From positions 814,589 to 878,588 of the forward strand of contig JBMNKL010000001.1 of the NCBI GenBank assembly GCA_050952225.1: a stretch of DNA of 64,000 nucleotides, written 5' to 3'. Position numbers and translations under genes: made by a program. Shown piece after piece: positions 30,635-40,745 of the stretch. The notes under the pieces are model-generated. The model saw nothing but the letters and a program-made list of their open reading frames with translations. It was not told the DNA's origin and did not search any database. How positions within the stretch are numbered: position 1 is the first letter of the stretch; every line of letters begins with the position of its first letter. The DNA comes from Acetivibrionales bacterium (GTDB taxonomy: Bacteria > Bacillota > Clostridia > Acetivibrionales > DTU013).

Positions 30635-32070
30635 CCGCGAAAACAGGCAAATGGACGGTTTTATTGCGAATAATGGCTACTTCTGCCGTGAACGTGTATG
30701 CATATGCAGGCATCGTCACTTTACGCACTGCTGTTTTCGGCAGCGACGGCGGCGTCGGGGCAGTACTCCTGTACATTTCGTCTGCCATATTTGCAAACCT
30801 GTCAAGTGCCATGTTTTTAAACAGGATACCGCCTTTTGCGTCCGGCATTTCGAAAACAAGAACCGCCAGGTTTGTGTCATTCATGCTGAATATCAGGGAT
30901 TTCGAGTACTTCGCGGCTAAAACGGCTGCATGGTTGTTGGCCGTTGTACCCCTGGCGTCCGGTATTTTCTTATTTGCAAGACACGGCATTTTAAGGCTCT
31001 TATTTGAATTGCTGCCATTGGCGGCAGCTTACGCTATTTCCCTGAAGCACACAAGGCTGGGCGCTGCCGGAATTATGAGCAGGACAAACGTATTTACCGG
31101 GTTCTTCATACTTTTTTCCGCACTGGTAATTTCAAATATTTCAGGCGGGTTGAAACATTTAAGGCCCTGGCTTAAGGGGGCCGCTTATTTCTTTATCCTG
31201 GCCTACCTTATCATAAGGAACCAGGAGGACATAGATGTAAATATATTCAACAAGAAGCATGTCGAAAAGTCAATATTGCCGAAGAACATGAGGCGCTTTA
31301 ACATGATGTCTGTCTGCACGGTATTCCTTATAATCCTGCTGATATCAAACTTTAAGGAGATAATCGCGTCTGTTGCCGGCTTGCTTGGCAGGGTGACTGT
31401 TTATGCGGTATATGCGGTATTATGGATACTTGACTTTTTTATTTCCAAACTCAGCACTATCCGGGAAGCCGATGCACCGGCACAGGATAACTTACTTCTT
31501 GTTTTCGAGGGTATATCGCCGACAGGTAATTTTGTTTTTAATGTTTTAAGAAATTTCACTGTTTTATATATTATATACAGGATACTTTTCGGATTGGCAG
31601 GAAGAATTCCTGCATATGTGCGTAATATTGCAGGATTGGTGGCGAAATTGCTGTCACTGGATAAGGGCGCCAAACCAAGCGAAGAATCCGATTATATCGA
31701 CGAGTCGGAAACAGTTAAGCCTGAATGGCTCCGGGTGCATTTCAAAACTGCGGTGAAAAAGCAGCGGAGAGCAAGGAAAAAGCTAAAGGGCATAACGGAC
31801 CCGGTGGAAAAAGTCAGGCGCATGTATGCCATTGTACTCGACATGCTGCAAAATTCCGGAATAAAGACGGAGCCCTGTGATACTACGCTTGACATATTGC
31901 AAAAGGCGGCGCCGCTTGAAAACATCCGGGAAGAGCTGTCGGCCCTGACAGATGTATACAACTGCGTACGTTACGGCGGGGTGGTTCCGGGAGAGGAAAT
32001 GATGTCGGAAGCCCTGGGTTGTTACGCAAAGACCGTCAGGGGATTCGGCTTCACAGCCGAAGATGCTTAG
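30631..32070 (+). CDS. Polytopic membrane protein with DUF4129-like C-terminal domain
   Basis: ATG 30631 overlaps the DUF58 stop (ATGA). There are 8 or more hydrophobic helices, then a soluble C-terminus ([33 protein letters not shown]...VYNCVRYGG) of the type found in the third gene of MoxR-DUF58 clusters. No transglutaminase Cys-His-Asp core was seen. Confidence 0.6.
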   Translation: MTAKTGKWTVLLRIMATSAVNVYAYAGIVTLRTAVFGSDGGVGAVLLYISSAIFANLSSAMFLNRIPPFASGISKTRTARFVSFMLNIRDFEYFAAKTAAWLLAVVPLASGIFLFARHGILRLLFELLPLAAAYAISLKHTRLGAAGIMSRTNVFTGFFILFSALVISNISGGLKHLRPWLKGAAYFFILAYLIIRNQEDIDVNIFNKKHVEKSILPKNMRRFNMMSVCTVFLIILLISNFKEIIASVAGLLGRVTVYAVYAVLWILDFFISKLSTIREADAPAQDNLLLVFEGISPTGNFVFNVLRNFTVLYIIYRILFGLAGRIPAYVRNIAGLVAKLLSLDKGAKPSEESDYIDESETVKPEWLRVHFKTAVKKQRRARKKLKGITDPVEKVRRMYAIVLDMLQNSGIKTEPCDTTLDILQKAAPLENIREELSALTDVYNCVRYGGVVPGEEMMSEALGCYAKTVRGFGFTAEDA

Positions 32071-32085
32071 CAAGCCGCCCTGTCC
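32070..32085 (-). repeat. 16-nt motif (reverse orientation, copy D): gcaagccgccctgtcc
   Basis: 15 of 16 identical to the right inverted repeat of copy B (40968-40983, gcaagccgccctatcc). It overlaps the last base of the stop codon of the DUF4129-like gene. Confidence 0.6.
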
Positions 32086-32118
32086 GCCGCAGGTTAAGGG
32101 CTTTTCCATATAAAGCAT

Positions 32119-32147
32119 TTGAAAAACAATCGTGTAAAGGTTATAAT
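32119..32147 (+). promoter_or_regulatory. Near-consensus sigma-A promoter for lon
   Basis: TTGAAA - 17 nt - TATAAT. Confidence 0.7.
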
Positions 32148-32157
32148 AAAGCCGTTA

Positions 32158-32185
32158 AATGTCCGTTTGTTTATAAACGGACATT
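32158..32185 (+). promoter_or_regulatory. Perfect 11-bp inverted repeat at the lon transcription start (operator or 5' hairpin)
   Basis: AATGTCCGTTT-gtttat-AAACGGACATT, beginning 11 nt after the -10 box. Confidence 0.5.
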
Positions 32186-32252
32186 GCTTTCGTTGCAGAA
32201 GGAAATTGAACAGATTCTACATAAAGATACTAACAGTAAGGGGTTGGTCAAA

Positions 32253-34691
32253 ATGGCTGGCACGAAGAGGAAATACAAGAAATATACATTGCCGCTTTTA
32301 CCGCTCAGGGGACTGACGGTTTTTCCATACATGATTTTGACATTCGATGTTGGAAGGGACAAATCCATAAAGGCGCTGGATGACGCCATGATAAACAACC
32401 AGCTGATTTTTCTTGTCGCGCAGAAAGATGCAAAGAATGATTTGCCCGGCAAAGAAGATATATATAAAGTCGGGACTGTTTCAAAAGTGAAACAGCTCCT
32501 GAGGCTGCCCGGTGATACTATCAGGGTTCTGGTTGAAGGCATCTGCAGGGCTGAAATAAAGAAATATTTGCAGACGGAGCCGTATTTTGTCGCGGAAGTA
32601 GTTGAGAAAATAGTACCCCTGGACAAAAACAGGAGCATAGAATATGAGGCCTTAAAAAGAAGGCTTCTAAGCGCGTTTGAAGAATATGCGAAGCTCAGCG
32701 GAAAAATTTCCATGGACACTGTGGCTTCCATAAGCATGATTGAAGATATAGGACAGCTTTCGGATATAATAGCGGCAAATATACAGCTAAAAATCGAGCA
32801 GAAGCAGGAGGTCATGAAAGAATTCGACCCTGCGGACAGAATCGAAAAGATTCTTAAGATACTCATGAGAGAAATTGATATACTTGAAGTCGAGAAGAAC
32901 ATTAGTATGCGTGTCCGGAAGCAGATCGACAAAATGCAGCGGGAGTATTACCTCAGGGAGCAAATCAAGGCCATACAGAGCGAACTGGGGGACAAAGAAG
33001 GCGTAACGGGAGAAGTAGAGGAATACAGGAAGAAACTTAAGAGCGTAAAACTTCCCGAAGAAGCGGTGCAGAAAGTGAACAAGGAACTTGACCGCCTGAT
33101 AAAGATGCCCCCGGGTTCTGCCGAAGGCTCGGTAATCAGGACATACCTTGACTGGATATTTGACCTGCCGTGGGATAAAAAAACAGAAGAAATACTTGAC
33201 CTGGCAAGGGCTCAAAAAATTCTTGAAGAAGATCATTACGGGCTTGAAAAAGTTAAGGAGAGGATAATCGAATACCTTGCCGTGCTGAAACTGACCAAAA
33301 GTCTTAAAGGGCAGATACTTTGCCTTGTAGGCCCTCCCGGTGTTGGAAAGACGTCGATAGCCAAATCCATCGCAAGGGCTTTGAACAGGAATTATGTCCG
33401 CATGTCGCTTGGCGGTGTCAGGGATGAAGCCGAAATAAGGGGACACAGGCGCACTTATATAGGCGCAATGCCCGGAAGGATCATTTCAGCCCTTAAGCTG
33501 GCGGGATCCAGCAATCCGTTAATATTGCTGGACGAAATAGACAAGATGAGCAGCGACTTCAGAGGGGACCCTGCAGCGGCGTTGCTTGAGGTTCTGGATA
33601 GCGAGCAGAATTTTGCATTCAGGGATCACTACCTGGAATTGCCGGTTGATTTGTCAAACGTGCTCTTCCTTACTACTGCGAATAATGCGGATGCGATACC
33701 GAAGCCGCTCCTGGACAGGATGGAAGTGATAACAATATCGGGTTATACCGAAGAAGAAAAGGTTATTATTGCCAGGAAGTACCTGCTTCCTAAACAGGTG
33801 AAAGCACACGGACTTACCAGGAAACAGCTGAGGATGGGAGAGGATGTGCTAAGATGCATTATCAGGCATTATACGAGAGAAGCAGGCGTAAGGAATCTCG
33901 AGAGGGAGATTGCAAGCGTGTGCAGAAAGGCTGCAAGGACGATTGTATCCGGAGGTAAAAAAACGGCAACGGTTACAACGGCAAATATTGAAAAGTACCT
34001 GGGAACGAAAAAATACCGCCACGATAAGATAAACGAGAAGGATGAGGTGGGAGTCGCGACGGGTCTTGCGTGGACTCCTTTCGGAGGGGATACGCTCGCG
34101 ATAGAAGTCACGATAATGACCGGAAGCGGCAAGCTGGAGCTTACCGGCCAGCTAGGTGATGTCATGAAGGAATCCGCAAAGGCTGCAATAAGCTTCATTC
34201 GTTCGCGCGCCGAGCAGTTGAACATAGATAAGGATTTTCACAATAAGTATGATATCCATATACATGTTCCCGAGGGAGCTATACCCAAGGATGGCCCGTC
34301 GGCAGGAATAACGCTTGCGACTGCCATGGTTTCGGCATTAACCGGCCGGCCTGTCAGCAGGAATGTGGCAATGACAGGCGAAATCACGCTGCGTGGAAGA
34401 GTGCTTCCGGTCGGCGGACTTAAGGAAAAAGTGCTGGCAGCCCACAGGGCGGGCATAGATACCATAGTAATGCCTCTTGATAACAGGAAAGATATCGATG
34501 AAATACCGGACAATGTAAAAAGCAAGCTGAAGTTTGTGTTCGCCGCCGATATGGATACGGTGCTTAATACTGCGTTAGCAGCTGTAAATCCGAAGGAAGA
34601 CGCAGACGATGCGGATAAATTACAGAAACCGATGCTGTTTGGGGAAGAGACCGCTATAATGCAAGAGCAAAATCAGACCCATAAAATGTGA
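32253..34691 (+). CDS. lon: ATP-dependent Lon protease
   Basis: The [27 protein letters not shown] start has AAGGGG upstream. Walker [10 protein letters not shown] and catalytic DGPSAGIT. The upstream 78 codons of the track ORF cover the promoter region. Confidence 0.96.
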   Translation: MAGTKRKYKKYTLPLLPLRGLTVFPYMILTFDVGRDKSIKALDDAMINNQLIFLVAQKDAKNDLPGKEDIYKVGTVSKVKQLLRLPGDTIRVLVEGICRAEIKKYLQTEPYFVAEVVEKIVPLDKNRSIEYEALKRRLLSAFEEYAKLSGKISMDTVASISMIEDIGQLSDIIAANIQLKIEQKQEVMKEFDPADRIEKILKILMREIDILEVEKNISMRVRKQIDKMQREYYLREQIKAIQSELGDKEGVTGEVEEYRKKLKSVKLPEEAVQKVNKELDRLIKMPPGSAEGSVIRTYLDWIFDLPWDKKTEEILDLARAQKILEEDHYGLEKVKERIIEYLAVLKLTKSLKGQILCLVGPPGVGKTSIAKSIARALNRNYVRMSLGGVRDEAEIRGHRRTYIGAMPGRIISALKLAGSSNPLILLDEIDKMSSDFRGDPAAALLEVLDSEQNFAFRDHYLELPVDLSNVLFLTTANNADAIPKPLLDRMEVITISGYTEEEKVIIARKYLLPKQVKAHGLTRKQLRMGEDVLRCIIRHYTREAGVRNLEREIASVCRKAARTIVSGGKKTATVTTANIEKYLGTKKYRHDKINEKDEVGVATGLAWTPFGGDTLAIEVTIMTGSGKLELTGQLGDVMKESAKAAISFIRSRAEQLNIDKDFHNKYDIHIHVPEGAIPKDGPSAGITLATAMVSALTGRPVSRNVAMTGEITLRGRVLPVGGLKEKVLAAHRAGIDTIVMPLDNRKDIDEIPDNVKSKLKFVFAADMDTVLNTALAAVNPKEDADDADKLQKPMLFGEETAIMQEQNQTHKM

Positions 34692-34855
34692 AGGCTTTTA
34701 TCATGCTGGTATCTTTTGCTTAAAAAAATTATAGAAAATGCAGGAATTATGTCGATTGATATAGAATTATGAGATAGATAAGCCTGATGGTTGCTGCCCG
34801 GGATTCCAGGGAAAATTACGAAGGCAGCAAATATGCAAGCATCGGGAGGTGTGTA

Positions 34856-35671
34856 ATGACAACATACGTTATCACCGTTATTTGCACAATAGCATTAAGC
34901 TCAACCGTCATATTTCCGCTAATGCACCGTTCTAAGATGCTGGACTTTAAAACCCTTGCTTTTATTATGATTGCATCGCTGATTTCTGCCGTTGCGTTAC
35001 CAGGCATATATAGCGCAGTGTTCGGATTTGCCGGCAGCGATATCGAGTCGGCTGTGATTGCCGTACTTATGGCGGTAACATTTGTAATATTTACCGCTGT
35101 GGTATTCATACTTGGACTGGCAGTATCAAGAATCGCTTCCAGGGCCGGGGCGGCATCCGGGGAGCAGGATACTTTAGCGGCAGACCCGGCGGCTGCGGAA
35201 ACCAATTCCGGGGGAAGCAATTACCTGGAGCAGATATATACCGATTTTGTAAGCGGAGATAATGCTGACAGCGCTGAAAAGCCGTCGGATAATGACGAAA
35301 TTGTGTACATGGGAGCAAATATATTAGAAAAATCTGTTGACAGTGAAGAAAATATTGATAAAATGGGTATAGAAAACATTATGCAGGGCAGGGAATCCAT
35401 GACTATCGAAGAGTGTATAGAGGAAGCCTTCAGGTTAAAGGAATCAGGCGATAGCGAGGGAGCTATCCTCTATTATATGTACGCTCTTGACAAGAAACCA
35501 AGCAAAGAACTTACCTTCTGGATTATAATAGATATTTGTGTTTTATATAAAACACTCGGACAGCTGGAAATGGCGCTTGAGATTTTAAACAACTATTATA
35601 TGCTGGGTGACATCATAGATGAGTCTTCCAAGGAAGAGATCGAGAGAAATCTGGCCGGCATGCGGGCCTAG
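34856..35671 (+). CDS. Hypothetical membrane protein with helical (TPR-like) C-terminal domain
   Basis: ATG 34856 follows GGGAGG. Three or four N-terminal TM helices, a low-complexity linker, then a helical repeat-like tail (AILYYMYALDKKPS...). Confidence 0.55.
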   Translation: MTTYVITVICTIALSSTVIFPLMHRSKMLDFKTLAFIMIASLISAVALPGIYSAVFGFAGSDIESAVIAVLMAVTFVIFTAVVFILGLAVSRIASRAGAASGEQDTLAADPAAAETNSGGSNYLEQIYTDFVSGDNADSAEKPSDNDEIVYMGANILEKSVDSEENIDKMGIENIMQGRESMTIEECIEEAFRLKESGDSEGAILYYMYALDKKPSKELTFWIIIDICVLYKTLGQLEMALEILNNYYMLGDIIDESSKEEIERNLAGMRA

Positions 35672-35714
35672 TGATAAATAGATATCGCATGTAATGAAGG
35701 AGGGTAATTTTTAA

Positions 35715-36668
35715 ATGAAAAAAACGCAAAATATTCTTGGTTTACCTATAATAAGCATTTCCGACGGGGTAGAAGTCGGAAAGGTCAAGAGCATTATCAT
35801 AAATGCGGATCGGGGAGCCATAGATTACATTATCGTTGACAGCGGCATACAGATATTCAGTGCCAAGGTTATCCCCACCGAGGATGTGCTGGGTATAGGG
35901 GAGTATGCGCTTACAATAGAAAACGAAGGCGTAATAACTGATATTAGCAAGGTTCCTGCTGCTATTCAACTCCTTCAGAGCGATATCAAGGTAAAGGGAA
36001 CCAAAGTGCTTACCAAAAAGGGCAGGTTGATTGGAGAAATCGGCGATATATTTATTGATGATGAGGATAATTGCAAAATAACCGGCCTGGAGTTTATTGC
36101 CGACATCACTCAAAAGCAGGTTCGCATAATTCCGCGTGAATCAGTCATCACATTTGGCAAAAACCTTACGGTAGTTAAAGAAGACGTTGAGTCCTGGCTG
36201 CTGGACACACCTTCGCAGCTCGATGCTGCTGATCTCCTGGATTTTGAAAAAAAAAATAACCTGAATATAGACGAAGCGGAAGGCACATTCGAGGAGGCCG
36301 CCACGGTATCGGAAGCTTCCCTCCTTGGCGCTGAGCCTTTTGAAATGCTCGCGGAGGTTGAAGAGCAGGTTGTGCCCGAACCGGAACTGCTTGTGGACGA
36401 GCCTCTCCCGGAACCTGAGCTACCTGTGACCGAACCGGCTCCTGAACCTGAACCGCAGGTACGGGCGGAAAATGAAGGTGAGAGTGCATCCGCGCTTTTT
36501 GAACAGCGTCAGAGGCAGTATTTAAGGGGCAGATATGCCACGAAGACGATATATGATAATGCCGGGAATATAATTGTAAGCGAAGGCATGCAAATCGATG
36601 ATAAGGTGATAGATGAAGCAAAAGCGAAAAACAAGCTGATAGAACTTGTTATTAATAACAAAGCATAA
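35715..36668 (+). CDS. PRC-barrel domain protein (tandem PRC barrels, Pro/Glu-rich linker)
   Basis: ILGLPIISISDGVEVGKVKSIIINADRGAIDYIIV is a YlmC/YmxH-type PRC barrel. There is a second barrel at about aa 90-160 and a PEPELPVTEPAPEPEP linker. Confidence 0.7.
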   Translation: MKKTQNILGLPIISISDGVEVGKVKSIIINADRGAIDYIIVDSGIQIFSAKVIPTEDVLGIGEYALTIENEGVITDISKVPAAIQLLQSDIKVKGTKVLTKKGRLIGEIGDIFIDDEDNCKITGLEFIADITQKQVRIIPRESVITFGKNLTVVKEDVESWLLDTPSQLDAADLLDFEKKNNLNIDEAEGTFEEAATVSEASLLGAEPFEMLAEVEEQVVPEPELLVDEPLPEPELPVTEPAPEPEPQVRAENEGESASALFEQRQRQYLRGRYATKTIYDNAGNIIVSEGMQIDDKVIDEAKAKNKLIELVINNKA

Positions 36669-36702
36669 AGTGTTACGGGTTGCAGGACTAGATAATTGCA
36701 AT

Positions 36703-38050
36703 ATGGAGTTGTATATTGTGGGAAAAACTCGTAAAACACCAATTATTTTTTTGCTTATAATGATTCAAAGCACGCTTGCAGTGGTTACAGCAACTGCCGT
36801 TTTATTCGGGATGTCACTTAAAAAAGTGCCTTCGGGGGTATATGCAGGCGACCTTAAAATCGGAGGCATGGACTATTCCGAAGCTGCAGAAGCAATCAAC
36901 GCAGAATATGGGGCAAAATTCGAACAAGGATCGCTCAAGCTTAACGTAGAAGGCAAGGATTTTTACATTCCTTTTTCCCGGATTGATGTCTACGCGGACG
37001 GCCCGGCTACTCTTCAAACATTAAACCCCTTCAAGGATCTTAAAAAGTATCCCCAGGCTTCTTGGCATGTATTTTGGAAATATGGAAATAGAAATACGAC
37101 CGGTTATCAAGTTTAATGAAAGCAAGCTAAGACGTGAACTGATAGAATTGTCAGCAGAAATAAATACCGACCCGGCAGATGCAAGGATATATTACGAAGG
37201 ACGGCACGCTGAAGAAGAGCCCGGATGTTCCGGGGATAGCGCTAAACGTCAGCAATGCCGTCGACGTTATAGCCAGGCAGCTTTCAAAAGACCCGTTCGA
37301 AGCAATAAAACTAAGCAGTACCGACAATTATGCGTTGGAGACTGTCGATGCAGCAGTTACAATAGATGACTTCAGTATGATACAGCAGGTTATTGCCGAG
37401 TACTCCACGCATATAACGGACGATGCACTTTTGGACAGCGTCCGGCTCGCCATTGACGCGATAAACGGGGTGATACTGGATGCAAGTGAAGAAGGGAAAG
37501 AACCCTCACGTATTCTCTTTTGTGGAGTGTATCAAGAAAAAGGACGCAGGCTTTGAAAACGATAACGAAGGGTATGACCATGGTTGCCTCCACTTTGTAT
37601 GCCGCCCTCCTGAAAACGGGAATGCCTGTCGATTGCATAACAAGGCTGCCGCACAAGATGGCGGTCGATTATATAGAGCCCGGCCTGGATTCATGGATTT
37701 CCGGAAATGCCGGCGACCTGAAATTTACGAATCCTTTCAAAAACAACATAGCCATATTTGCCGAACAAAATGAAGACAGGGTTGTAGTGGCTATTGCAGG
37801 CAGCCTCGCAGACAAACCGGAAAAAAGCGAAATCAGCACGGAAATCGTCCAGCGTTTCGAACCGCCCGTCTATTATGTTGAAAATAACAATTTGAAGCAA
37901 GGCGAGAAACTAATACTGAATCCAGGCAAAGAAGGCATAGTGGTAAACGTCTACAGGAATGGGATACTTATCGGCACCGACGAATATGAGGCTGAAAAGG
38001 CAATAATACAGATAGGTCCTGGTTCCAGGCAGATAAATGATAGTAAATGA
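36703..38050 (+). pseudogene. VanW-domain protein gene disrupted by at least 4 frameshifts
   Basis: Homologous protein segments are spread over frame 1 (TM anchor, ...KIGGMDYSEAAEAINAEY...), frame 2 (MYFGNMEIEIRPVIKFNESKLRRELIELSAEIN), frame 3 (ITKDGTLKKSPDVPGIALNV...), frame 1 (HVFSFVECIKKKDAGFEN) and frame 2 (VASTLYAALLKTGMPV...DLKFTNPFKNNIAIFAE plus a G5-like end). Each frame is closed by stops. Confidence 0.65.
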
Positions 38051-38057
38051 AATGATT

Positions 38058-38684
38058 TTAATAGAATTCTTTCAGCACTTCCAGCGCGTTGTATTCGATT
38101 ATCTTTTCTCCGTACTCATTCAGGTATCCCTCAAAAAAGTTAACATTTGTGACTTTTGTGCCGTATTCGTTTAATAAGAGCTCGAATGATTTTGAACTGG
38201 CAGGAGCAAGCCCGCTTCTCGAAAGAGTAAGGTAGTATGTGTCCCGGCACCTGAATAATGTGCTTTCACCGTTGTAGATATTATCCAGCTTATTAGCCAG
38301 ACTGCATACATCACCTATATTCCTGAACGAGTAAATCATAAGCGGGGAGTAAACCCTGCGGCCTCTTCTCTTAACGCGAAGGTCGCTTTTCTTCATCCTG
38401 CTTTTTATATATTTATGAATGGATTCAAATTCGACGTCGCCATCAATCCTTGTGATGGTTATGACAAAGCCTTCACTCGAATCCGGGACAGGTTCTATGA
38501 TCAACTGGGAATCTGACAGGCTGAAACCGAGCTCTTCCTCTGCCTGCTCCATCAAGTCCCAGAAAAATTCCTGCGCTGCAGGCGTATTGTAATTAAGTGA
38601 GTCCAAATCAATATTTTTCTCTTCGAGGTCATTGTACGTTATTGTTACCCTTATGATATTGTCGCCTATTCTTTCTATTTTCAT
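38058..38684 (-). CDS. mecA: Adaptor protein MecA
   Basis: MKIERIGDNIIRVTITYNDLEEKNIDLDSLNYNTPAAQEFFWDLMEQAEEELGF is a MecA N-domain. The ATG at 38684 is preceded by GGTGGAG. The track start (GTG 38693) lies within that RBS. Confidence 0.85.
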   Translation of the reverse strand: MKIERIGDNIIRVTITYNDLEEKNIDLDSLNYNTPAAQEFFWDLMEQAEEELGFSLSDSQLIIEPVPDSSEGFVITITRIDGDVEFESIHKYIKSRMKKSDLRVKRRGRRVYSPLMIYSFRNIGDVCSLANKLDNIYNGESTLFRCRDTYYLTLSRSGLAPASSKSFELLLNEYGTKVTNVNFFEGYLNEYGEKIIEYNALEVLKEFY

Positions 38685-38791
38685 TATCTCCACCGTAATT
38701 TGCGCATATGCGCCTTTAGACTTTTATTACTCATTATATTATAATGCTTTATGAAAGAAAAGAGAAGTCTTATTTGCATAATTTTATGTTT

Positions 38792-39184
38792 TTATGATTG
38801 GAGTATGTCTATTATTTTTATGGCCTTGTCCAGGTATACCTTATGCCTGCTGTCCAGCAGGGAAGAAACAAGTTTCAATGCTTTCATTATCTCCGGGCTG
38901 CCGGGAGTGTCCCTGTGCATACTTTTCAGGTGATGCTTAAGCTCCCTGTATGCACTGCCGTACTTGTTGCCCTGGCTTATGGCATTACTAAAGCTGCCGT
39001 CTCTTGTATGCGGGAAAAAGTTCATTATAGTCTTTATAGTTTCCTGCATAAGCGATAGCTTGTCAGGGTGCACATCCGCGGCATTACCGTCTTCATTGCG
39101 GTTCTCAGGAGCATAAAGCTGCTTAAGTTTTCTCAGAGTTATAAGCCCGTCGGTAATAGTCTCTATGCTTAGCGGTTTACTCAT
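38792..39184 (-). CDS. Hypothetical helical protein (130 aa)
   Basis: The ORF has GGTGGA 4 nt before ATG 39184. No motif recognised. Confidence 0.5.
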   Translation of the reverse strand: MSKPLSIETITDGLITLRKLKQLYAPENRNEDGNAADVHPDKLSLMQETIKTIMNFFPHTRDGSFSNAISQGNKYGSAYRELKHHLKSMHRDTPGSPEIMKALKLVSSLLDSRHKVYLDKAIKIIDILQS

Positions 39185-39303
39185 GATATCCACCGGTATC
39201 TTTTAATCCTCAATTCATATTATGTAAAATCCTTTACAATGTTACTGTGCTTAAGGGCTTTGTTTTACTTCCCTGCACGGCTGAGGACGAGAAAAGTGTG
39301 GAT

Positions 39304-40599
39304 TTAAAACGGGTATTCCTTATCAAGTTTTCTGTGCTTGAATGTTTTTTTCTTTTCAGCATAATCAGCAACGATGTGGCCGTCTCCTACCAGGCTGTAC
39401 TTATAAGTGACCAGGCCTTCAAGGCCTACAGGGCCCCTTGCATGGAGCTTCCCCGTGCTGATGCCTACCTCGGCTCCAAGACCGTATCTATATCCGTCAC
39501 TGAAACGTGTCGAACAGTTCCAAAAAACATTGCCGGAATCGACCAGTGCCATGAACTTTGCGGCATGTTCCCTGTCGCCGGTGACGATGGAATCCGTGTG
39601 GCCGGAGCCATACTCATTGATGTGATCTATAGCCTCGTCTATACTGCCGACTATTTTGACGGACAGCCTGTAATCCAGGTATTCTTTTCTCCAATCTTCC
39701 TCGGTTGCTGCCTTGACAGGTATAAAAGAAACCGTTTCACTGCAGCCCAGGAGTTCAACATGTTTCTCGTCGGCTGCTTCTTTTAGAATCGGTAAAAATG
39801 CCGGGGCTATTTTCCTGTGGACAAGAAGGGTTTCCAGCGCATTGCAGACAGCCACATATTGGACTTTTGAGTCAATGGCAATTTTCAGCGCCATACGAAG
39901 ATCAGCATAATCATCGATATACAGGTGGCATATTCCGTCGGCATGTCCCATGACCGGGATATTCGAGTGGTCCATTATATACCTGACAAAGTCGTTCGAA
40001 CCTCTTGGGATTATTAAGTCTACGTATTCATGCTGTTTCAGGAGCTCGTCTATTTCCGCCCTTGTTTCCAGCAGCGCGCACCAGCCTGCCGGAATGCAGG
40101 AAGATTCGGACGCAGATACTATCAGGTCCGATAATATCCTGTTTGTCCGCCTGGCTTCGGAGCCTCCCTTCAAAATCACACCGTTGCCGCTTTTCAGGCA
40201 AAGCGTTGAAATCTGTACCAGGGCGTCCGGCCTGGATTCAAATATTACGCCGATGACGCCTATCGGGCATGTGACCTTATAAAGCTCAAGGCAATCGTCC
40301 AACACGGTGCAAGACATTGTTTTTCCGACCGGATCATCGAGCTTTGCCAGGCTGTGAATCCCTTCGATAGTATCGTTTAGCTTCCGTTCATCAAATTTAA
40401 GCCTTTTCAGCAACGGTTCGGGAATGTTTTCAGCCTCGCTCCTGGTAAGGTCTTCATTGTTTGCTTCAAATATCTTGTCTTTATTGGAAAGCAACGCTTC
40501 AGCTATATTCATGAGTGCCTTGTTCTTCTTGTCACCATGTACCATGGCTAACTTTAACGATGCCGACTTTACCCGTTTACAGGTCTCGCCGGTATTCAT
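39304..40599 (-). CDS. proA: Gamma-glutamyl phosphate reductase
   Basis: MNTGETCKRVKSASLKLAMV... with GVIFESRPDALVQI and NALETLLVH motifs. RBS GGGGTGA. The track ORF extends 24 codons upstream into the promoter. Confidence 0.93.
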   Translation of the reverse strand: MNTGETCKRVKSASLKLAMVHGDKKNKALMNIAEALLSNKDKIFEANNEDLTRSEAENIPEPLLKRLKFDERKLNDTIEGIHSLAKLDDPVGKTMSCTVLDDCLELYKVTCPIGVIGVIFESRPDALVQISTLCLKSGNGVILKGGSEARRTNRILSDLIVSASESSCIPAGWCALLETRAEIDELLKQHEYVDLIIPRGSNDFVRYIMDHSNIPVMGHADGICHLYIDDYADLRMALKIAIDSKVQYVAVCNALETLLVHRKIAPAFLPILKEAADEKHVELLGCSETVSFIPVKAATEEDWRKEYLDYRLSVKIVGSIDEAIDHINEYGSGHTDSIVTGDREHAAKFMALVDSGNVFWNCSTRFSDGYRYGLGAEVGISTGKLHARGPVGLEGLVTYKYSLVGDGHIVADYAEKKKTFKHRKLDKEYPF

Positions 40600-40647
40600 G
40601 AAAATCACCCCGACTTGCAATGTACTGCCTGAACTATGTATTTTCAA

Positions 40648-40676
40648 AGTATACCAGAAAGGTATGCGCAATGCAA
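40648..40676 (-). promoter_or_regulatory. Sigma-A promoter for proA
   Basis: On the minus strand: TTGCAT - 17 nt - TATACT, about 45 nt upstream of the proA ATG. Confidence 0.55.
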
Positions 40677-40745
40677 TTATTTACTAGAAAAAGATACTAT
40701 AGGGAAGAGTTGCAAAAGGAAGAGCGGCCATGGCACAAATATGAC

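Noticed and set aside
32071-32252. Looked for CIRCE (HrcA) or CtsR operators upstream of lon.
   Set aside because: Neither consensus is present. Only the unrelated 11-bp inverted repeat was found, and it is reported as a finding.
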